A stretch of 64,000 nucleotides of DNA from an uncultured Candidatus Saccharibacteria bacterium. Its GTDB lineage: Bacteria; Patescibacteriota; Minisyncoccia; UBA6257; 2-01-FULL-56-20. The first letter of the stretch is position 1. The number at the start of each line of letters is the position of its first letter. The stretch covers positions 24,130-88,129 of the forward strand of contig CAZAFA010000002.1 in the NCBI GenBank assembly GCA_964484655.1, written 5' to 3'. The notes beneath the pieces are model-generated. The model did no database searches. It was not told the origin of the DNA and saw only the letters and a program-made list of their open reading frames with translations. The position numbers were made by a program, and so were the translations under genes. Shown here one piece after another: positions 59,077 through 64,000 of this stretch.

Positions 59077-60000
59077 CTATCCGACCTTCGCCTCGTCGTA
59101 CAGGCTCAGCAACGCCTTGATAGCGTCGCCGGCGGCGATGTTGTTCTGCTTGTAGTGCCCGTCGGTGATGTCCCCCGCCGCCCAGATGCGCGGGTGGGAC
59201 GTCTTCTGCGTCTTCGGGTCCGTTACCACCTGGCCGCGCTCGTTGAGCGTCACGAGGTCGCGCACGAGGTCGCTGTTCGGCACGGAGCCGATCTCGACGA
59301 ACACGCCGTGCACCTGCAGCGTCTTCTTCTCGCCCGTCGCGTTGTCCTGGTACCGCAGGCCCGAGACCATCTTGTCGCCCTCGATAGCGAGCACCGTGAC
59401 GTTCGGCACGCGCTCCACCTTTTCGCTCCCGAGTGCGACCTGCTGCGTGATCGCGTCGCCCTTCAGGGTGCCGCTCCGGTCCAGGAGATAGATCCGATTC
59501 GCGTACGGGATGAGGTCCACGACCGCCTCGACGCCCGCGTTCCCGCCGCCGACCACCGCGACGTCCATGCCGCGGAAGAGCGGCGCGTCGCACGTGGCGC
59601 AATACACCACGCCGCGGCCCTCGAACTGGTCCTCACCGGGGACGCCGAGGCGCCGGTACCGGCTCCCGACCGCCAGCAGCAGGCGCTCCGCCTGGAGCGA
59701 CTCGCCGTTGGAGAGCGTCAGCGTGAAGAGCGCGCCGTCGTCGGCGATCGACGTCACGCGGCTCTCGCGGACCGCTACCTCCGGGTACGCGAGCACGTGC
59801 GCCTTGAGCGCGTTCGCGAGTTCGGTTCCCGATATGGATGGCGTGCCGATCCAGTTATGGATGTCCGCCGAGACCGCGGACTGGCCGCCGAAGCTGTCCG
59901 CCACGATAGCCGTGCGCAGCTGCTTGCGCGCGGCGTAGACGGCGGCAGCGACCCCTGCCGGGCCGCCGCCGATGATCGCTACCTGGTACGCCTCCGCCAT
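59077..60000 (-). CDS. trxB: thioredoxin-disulfide reductase
   Basis: VAIIGGGPAG FAD site, CATCD redox motif, and VVGGGNAG NADPH site. Confidence 0.9.
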   Translation of the reverse strand: MAEAYQVAIIGGGPAGVAAAVYAARKQLRTAIVADSFGGQSAVSADIHNWIGTPSISGTELANALKAHVLAYPEVAVRESRVTSIADDGALFTLTLSNGESLQAERLLLAVGSRYRRLGVPGEDQFEGRGVVYCATCDAPLFRGMDVAVVGGGNAGVEAVVDLIPYANRIYLLDRSGTLKGDAITQQVALGSEKVERVPNVTVLAIEGDKMVSGLRYQDNATGEKKTLQVHGVFVEIGSVPNSDLVRDLVTLNERGQVVTDPKTQKTSHPRIWAAGDITDGHYKQNNIAAGDAIKALLSLYDEAKVG

Positions 60001-60002
60001 GA

Positions 60003-60740
60003 CTACCGCAGGAAGCCGTCGATGATCTCTTGGAACGTAGAGAACGGGTACGCGCCCTCGACCTTCTGGTCGTTGACGAAGATGGTCGGCGTCGAGTTCA
60101 CGCCGTAGCGCGTGCTCGCGTCCTTGGTCTGGTCCTGCACGTACTGGTCGTACGTCTTGCCGTCGATGCAGGAGGCGAACTTCTGCTCGTCGAGCTGCGC
60201 GTCCTTGGCGAGCTTCATGAACAGCGTGCGGTTCAGGTTGCCGTTGTGCTCCTGCCCGTCCGCGACCTCGGCGTTGAAGAGGCCGTCATGGAAGTCCCAG
60301 AACTTGCCCTGGTCCTTGGCGCACTCGCTCGCGGCCGCGGCCGCGATGGACTCGGGGCCGAGGAAGGCGAGGTGGCGGTACACGATCTTCGCCTTGCCCG
60401 TCTCCACGTAGGCCGAGCGGATCTGCGCCTCGGTCTCCTGGAAGTACTCGCCGCAGAACGGACACTGGAAGTCCTCGTACTGCACGATCGAGACGGGCGC
60501 GTCCGGGTTGCCGAGGATGGCGTCGCGATCCTCCGCGGCCGGCGCCTCAACCTTGGCCGCTACGCCCGGATCCTGGGTGTCCGGAGCCGCCGCGGTCTTC
60601 CCGCCGTGCACCATGTAGATGAGCGAGCCGGAGATGAGGACGGCCGCGACGAGGATGGATGCGGGGAGAAGCCAGGCCGGCGTACCGCCCGAGCGGGCCT
60701 CGGCTACCGGCGTGTGTTCGTGTGCGTGCTGATGTTCCAT
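60003..60740 (-). CDS. DsbA-like thiol-disulfide oxidoreductase (membrane-anchored)
   Basis: N-terminal TM. CPFC active site. Immediately downstream of trxB. Confidence 0.75.
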   Translation of the reverse strand: MEHQHAHEHTPVAEARSGGTPAWLLPASILVAAVLISGSLIYMVHGGKTAAAPDTQDPGVAAKVEAPAAEDRDAILGNPDAPVSIVQYEDFQCPFCGEYFQETEAQIRSAYVETGKAKIVYRHLAFLGPESIAAAAASECAKDQGKFWDFHDGLFNAEVADGQEHNGNLNRTLFMKLAKDAQLDEQKFASCIDGKTYDQYVQDQTKDASTRYGVNSTPTIFVNDQKVEGAYPFSTFQEIIDGFLR

Positions 60741-60774
60741 GCGGCTACTGTATCACACGCGTCCGAAGACGCAG

Positions 60775-60799
60775 AAAGGGCCGCATGGCGCGGCCCTTC
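60775..60799 (-). terminator. terminator hairpin after the small minus-strand gene
   Basis: GAAGGGCCGC-GCCAT-GCGGCCCTTTC on the minus strand. Confidence 0.45.
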
Positions 60800-60816
60800 G
60801 CTGGAAAAGGAAACGA

Positions 60817-61041
60817 TCAGTCGAGGAGGATCCGCGGATGCGGATGCCGTGCGATCTCGAGCCGGAGCCCGAGGAACATCTTCTCGCCCATGAGCCCGAA
60901 GGCCAGGGAGAGCAGACCGAGACCGATCAGGGTGACCATCGTCCCCGGCTCGGGACACAGGGAACCGAACAGGACGAGGATGAGCGCGAACGGGAGGAAT
61001 ATCACTCTCCGCAAGCTCTCGCGAATCGCATTGATATCGAG
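60817..61041 (-). CDS. small two-TM membrane protein, hypothetical
   Basis: Internal ATG of the long 60817-61905 ORF, whose remainder is probably antisense artefact. Two hydrophobic helices. Confidence 0.3.
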   Translation of the reverse strand, partial: LDINAIRESLRRVIFLPFALILVLFGSLCPEPGTMVTLIGLGLLSLAFGLMGEKMFLGLRLEIARHPHPRILLD

Positions 61042-61149
61042 CATAGAAAAATCTCCTATAGGAACAGTATAAAAGGCTGACCAAATAATAAGCATTTTAT
61101 TGATAAAAGTCAATTCTTGCCGGCGCATGCGAGCTGGTACCATTCGGCC

Positions 61150-62472
61150 ATGCGACCCCGGGCGCGCGTGAAGCAGGCCCTCCTCATCGCCGGCGACCTG
61201 GCCATCATGGCCGGGGCCCTGGCCGCGGCCGTCTACCTCCGCGGCCGCGGCGACGTGTACGGCGAGCTTCTCCGCGGCGCCTGGCCCTGGACCGTCGTCA
61301 TCGCCGGCTGGACCTTCATCTTCTGGCTCTCCGGCCTGTACGACGTCCGCCGCCTCCGCAACGACATCTCCTTCCTCTCCACGTTCGTGCTCGCGGTCGG
61401 GATGAACCTCCTGCTCGCGATCGCCTTCTTCTACGCGATCCCCGCCGGCATCGCGCCGAAGACCACGCTCGTCATCTTCGCCGGCGTCTACCTCGTCCCA
61501 GCGCTCGTGTGGCGCCGTGCCTTCAACCGCTTCGTCGTCGGCATGGACGGCGCCGCGCGGACCCTCGTGCTCGGCGGCGGTCCTGTCGCGACGGAGCTGG
61601 TCGCGACGCTCCGCGAGTCCCCCCGCCACGGGTACCGCGTCGTCGCCTGGCGCCGCGGCGAGCCGGACGAGGAGAGCGCGGTCCACGTGCCAGCCGATGT
61701 CGAGGTCGCCATCGTCCCGCGGCGGACCGTCAACGACCCCGAGCTCGCGGCCGGCCTGTACGGCCTGCTCGCGCGCGGCGTGATCGTGCGCCGGCTCGAC
61801 GACGTCTACGAGGAGGTCTTCGGCAAGGTGCCGCTCCCCGAGGTGGACGAGACCTGGCTCCTCGAGCACGCCAGCCGGCGCCTCGACGTCTACACCGAGT
61901 TCCACGACCTCCTCACGTACGCGCTCGCGGTCGTGCTACAGGTCCTCTTCCTGCCGCTCGAGATCCTCATCGCGGTCGCGATCAAGCTCACGAGCCCGGG
62001 ACCGGTCATCTACCGCCAGGTCCGCACCGGCCGGGACGGGAAGCCGTTCACGCTCTACAAGTTCCGCACGATGCGCACCGACGCCGAGAAGGACGGCCCG
62101 CAGTGGTCCGGGGAGGGCGACAGCCGCGTCACGGCGATCGGCCGCCTCCTCCGCTACACGCACGTGGACGAGTTCCCGCAGCTGTGGAACGTGCTCCGCG
62201 GCGAGATCGCGTTCGTCGGCCCCCGGCCGGAGCGGCCCGAGTTCGAGGAGACGCTCGAGAAGCAGATCCCGCACTACCGCGTCCGCCATCTCGTGAAGCC
62301 GGGCATCACCGGCTGGGCCCAGGTCAGCTACCCGTACGGCTCCGCCGTGGAGCACGCCTACCAGAAGCTCCAGTACGACCTCCACTACCTCCGGTACCGG
62401 TCCGTCCTGATGGACGCCTTCGTGCTCCTGAAGACGGTGAAGACCCTGGTGGCGACGCCCCGGCAGGCGTAG
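61150..62472 (+). CDS. polyprenyl-phosphate sugar transferase (WbaP/CpsE family)
   Basis: C-terminal KLTSPGPVIYRQVRTG...YKFRTM...DEFPQLWNVLRGEIAFVGPRPE. Four N-terminal TM helices. Confidence 0.85.
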   Translation: MRPRARVKQALLIAGDLAIMAGALAAAVYLRGRGDVYGELLRGAWPWTVVIAGWTFIFWLSGLYDVRRLRNDISFLSTFVLAVGMNLLLAIAFFYAIPAGIAPKTTLVIFAGVYLVPALVWRRAFNRFVVGMDGAARTLVLGGGPVATELVATLRESPRHGYRVVAWRRGEPDEESAVHVPADVEVAIVPRRTVNDPELAAGLYGLLARGVIVRRLDDVYEEVFGKVPLPEVDETWLLEHASRRLDVYTEFHDLLTYALAVVLQVLFLPLEILIAVAIKLTSPGPVIYRQVRTGRDGKPFTLYKFRTMRTDAEKDGPQWSGEGDSRVTAIGRLLRYTHVDEFPQLWNVLRGEIAFVGPRPERPEFEETLEKQIPHYRVRHLVKPGITGWAQVSYPYGSAVEHAYQKLQYDLHYLRYRSVLMDAFVLLKTVKTLVATPRQA

Positions 62473-62504
62473 CGTTCCGGCCGGATTCGGGGCAGACTTA
62501 GCGC

Positions 62505-63956
62505 GTGTTCGCCCGTCTCCGCAGCTTCCTCTTCAGCAACGGCTCTCCCGAGCAGACCGTGGCCAAGAACGCGTTCTGGCTGGGCGTCTCGCAGTTCGGC
62601 GCGCGCCTGGTACGCGCCGCCTTCATGGTCTACCTCGCGCGCCTCGTGGGCGCGGAAGGCTACGGCGTGATCAGCTACGCGCTCTCGCTCGCGGCGCTCC
62701 TCTCGGCGGTCACCGACCTCGGCATCTCGGGCGTCATCACGCGCGAAGGCAGCCGCCATCACAAGGACCAGCTCCGCTACCTCGCGACGGGCGCCGCCGC
62801 GAAGGCGGGACTCGTCGTGGTCTCCGGCATCGTCCTCCTGCTCTGGGGGATCGCCGGCGCGCCGCATGCGATGCTGCTGCCGCTGGTGATGCTCGTGGTC
62901 GCCTTCGACGGCGTGCGAGACCTGGCGACGGCCCTCTACCGCGCGCAGGAGCGCATGGAGGTCGAGGCGTACGTGCAGATGATCACCAACGTCGGCATCG
63001 CCGTGCTCGGCCTCGTCGCCGCGCTCGCGATCGGGACCCCGTCCTGGGTGCTCATCGGCTACGCGGGCGGCTGCGCGCTCGGCGCTGCCGCGGCGATCTG
63101 GCCCATGCGGTCGAGCCTCGGCTCCTTCCGTCGCCGCTACGACCGCTCCCTCGTCCGCGAGCTCGTCCGTTCCTCCTGGACCTTCGGCGTCGTCGGGCTC
63201 GTCGGCGGCATCATGCTCAACGCGGACGCGATCATGCTCGCCTGGTTCCGCCCCGAGGCAGAGGTCGGCTACTACGCCGCCGCGCAGCGCATCGTCCAGC
63301 TCCTCTACGTGCTCCCGCTGCCGCTGGCGTCGGCGCTCTTCCCTCTCGTGGCGCGCCTCGCCGACGACCGCGAGCGGTTCCGCGAGGTGGTGGAGGGCGC
63401 GACGCGGTTCCTGCTCGTGCTCGGGACCGGCCTGGCGGTCGGCCTGCTCGCCTCGTCGGGCGCGGTCATCCGCCTCCTCTACGGCGAGGCCTTCGAGCCG
63501 TCCGCCAACAGCCTGGCGCTCCTGAGCCTGACGCTCGTGCCGTCGTTCGTGGTCGCGAGCCTGGGTAACGCGCTCTTCGCGCTGCGCAAGGAGCGCGCGC
63601 TCGTCTGGTACGCCGTGATCGCGGTCGGGGCGAACGTCCTCGCGAACCTCGTCTTCATCCCCCGCTGGGGCGGCCCTGGCTCGGCCTTCGCCACGCTCGT
63701 CGCGCAGAGCGTGCTGCTCGCCTATCTCAGCTACGTGCTCCGCCGCGCGTCCGGCGCGCGCCTGTTCCGCAACCTCGCGGAGATCGCCGTGGGCGTCATC
63801 GCGGGCGTCGTGGTAGCGGTGCTCTGCATCATCGTCGGCGTCAACGGGATCGTCGTCGGCGCGCTCGCTTTCGCCGCCTACGTCGCGGCACTCGCCGCGC
63901 TCAAGGACGAGACCGCCTTGCGCGGCATCCGGTACGCGCGCGCCTTCCTGCGATGA
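62505..63956 (+). CDS. polysaccharide flippase (Wzx/MOP superfamily)
   Basis: ~12-14 TM helices. Typical N-terminus (AKNAFWLGVSQFGARLV). Confidence 0.75.
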   Translation: MFARLRSFLFSNGSPEQTVAKNAFWLGVSQFGARLVRAAFMVYLARLVGAEGYGVISYALSLAALLSAVTDLGISGVITREGSRHHKDQLRYLATGAAAKAGLVVVSGIVLLLWGIAGAPHAMLLPLVMLVVAFDGVRDLATALYRAQERMEVEAYVQMITNVGIAVLGLVAALAIGTPSWVLIGYAGGCALGAAAAIWPMRSSLGSFRRRYDRSLVRELVRSSWTFGVVGLVGGIMLNADAIMLAWFRPEAEVGYYAAAQRIVQLLYVLPLPLASALFPLVARLADDRERFREVVEGATRFLLVLGTGLAVGLLASSGAVIRLLYGEAFEPSANSLALLSLTLVPSFVVASLGNALFALRKERALVWYAVIAVGANVLANLVFIPRWGGPGSAFATLVAQSVLLAYLSYVLRRASGARLFRNLAEIAVGVIAGVVVAVLCIIVGVNGIVVGALAFAAYVAALAALKDETALRGIRYARAFLR

Positions 63957-64000
63957 GGAGCGTCCTGCTCGTAGCCACGCGCGCCGAGATCGGCGGCGCG
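63953..64000 (+). CDS. start of a following polysaccharide-locus gene (N-terminal fragment only)
   Basis: ATGA overlap with the flippase stop. MRSVLLVATRAEIGGA resembles glycosyltransferase N-termini. Only 16 codons are visible. Confidence 0.25.
   Translation, partial: MRSVLLVATRAEIGGA

Noticed and set aside
60739-61080. 113-aa plus-strand ORF in the dsbA to sugar-transferase intergenic region
   Set aside because: Highly charged low-complexity translation. The minus-strand two-TM 75-aa ORF with a downstream terminator is a better, though still tentative, explanation.

Overview
This 64-kb window is a ~70% GC bacterial chromosomal segment, densely coding on both strands. Housekeeping genes include topA, parA and parB, infB-rbfA, secE-nusG-rpsR, a gyrB-like gene, groES-groEL, trxB, uppP, htpX and endonuclease V. 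Six tRNAs are present: Val-GAC, Leu-CAA, Leu-TAA, Cys-GCA, Ser-GCT and Ser-GGA. Cell-envelope and surface genes include a type IV pilin, a PilO-like protein, an O-antigen-ligase/TPR fusion, a sugar transferase with a Wzx flippase, and an HlyD/ABC efflux module. The rest is many small hypothetical membrane or secreted proteins and almost no metabolic enzymes. That content (short IF2, pilin, LOG, DedA, few biosynthetic genes) suggests a small-genome lineage, possibly a high-GC member of Patescibacteria/CPR, but this is inference only.

Several blocks of visibly lower GC look like accessory insertions:
- (i) A ~2.4-kb island at ~37% GC, directly beside tRNA-Ser(GCT), encodes a single 740-aa protein with a PD-(D/E)xK-like N-terminus, a central DGQHR motif (DndB/ParB-Srx-like) and a C-terminal HEPN-like RNNRVH motif. 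This is the strongest candidate for an undescribed single-protein defence system. It is convergent with an ECF-like sigma factor and a ParB-like gene that overlap and are probably co-transcribed.
- (ii) A lower-GC two-gene operon lies between htpX and groESL, driven by a near-consensus promoter, encoding a 232-aa unknown protein and a 452-aa protein with a J-domain-like HPD segment.
- (iii) A RelE/ParE-like toxin and an XRE-HTH antitoxin are followed by an overlapping 162-aa unknown gene.
- (iv) Two tandem, overlapping, paralogous small ORFs follow a promoter that carries an inverted repeat.
- (v) A class II (autoinhibited) Fic protein sits behind a ~150-bp AT-rich segment.

A diverged CIRCE-like inverted repeat lies upstream of groES, and two pairs of near-identical terminator hairpins recur. 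Most long antisense ORFs in the six-frame track are high-GC artefacts.
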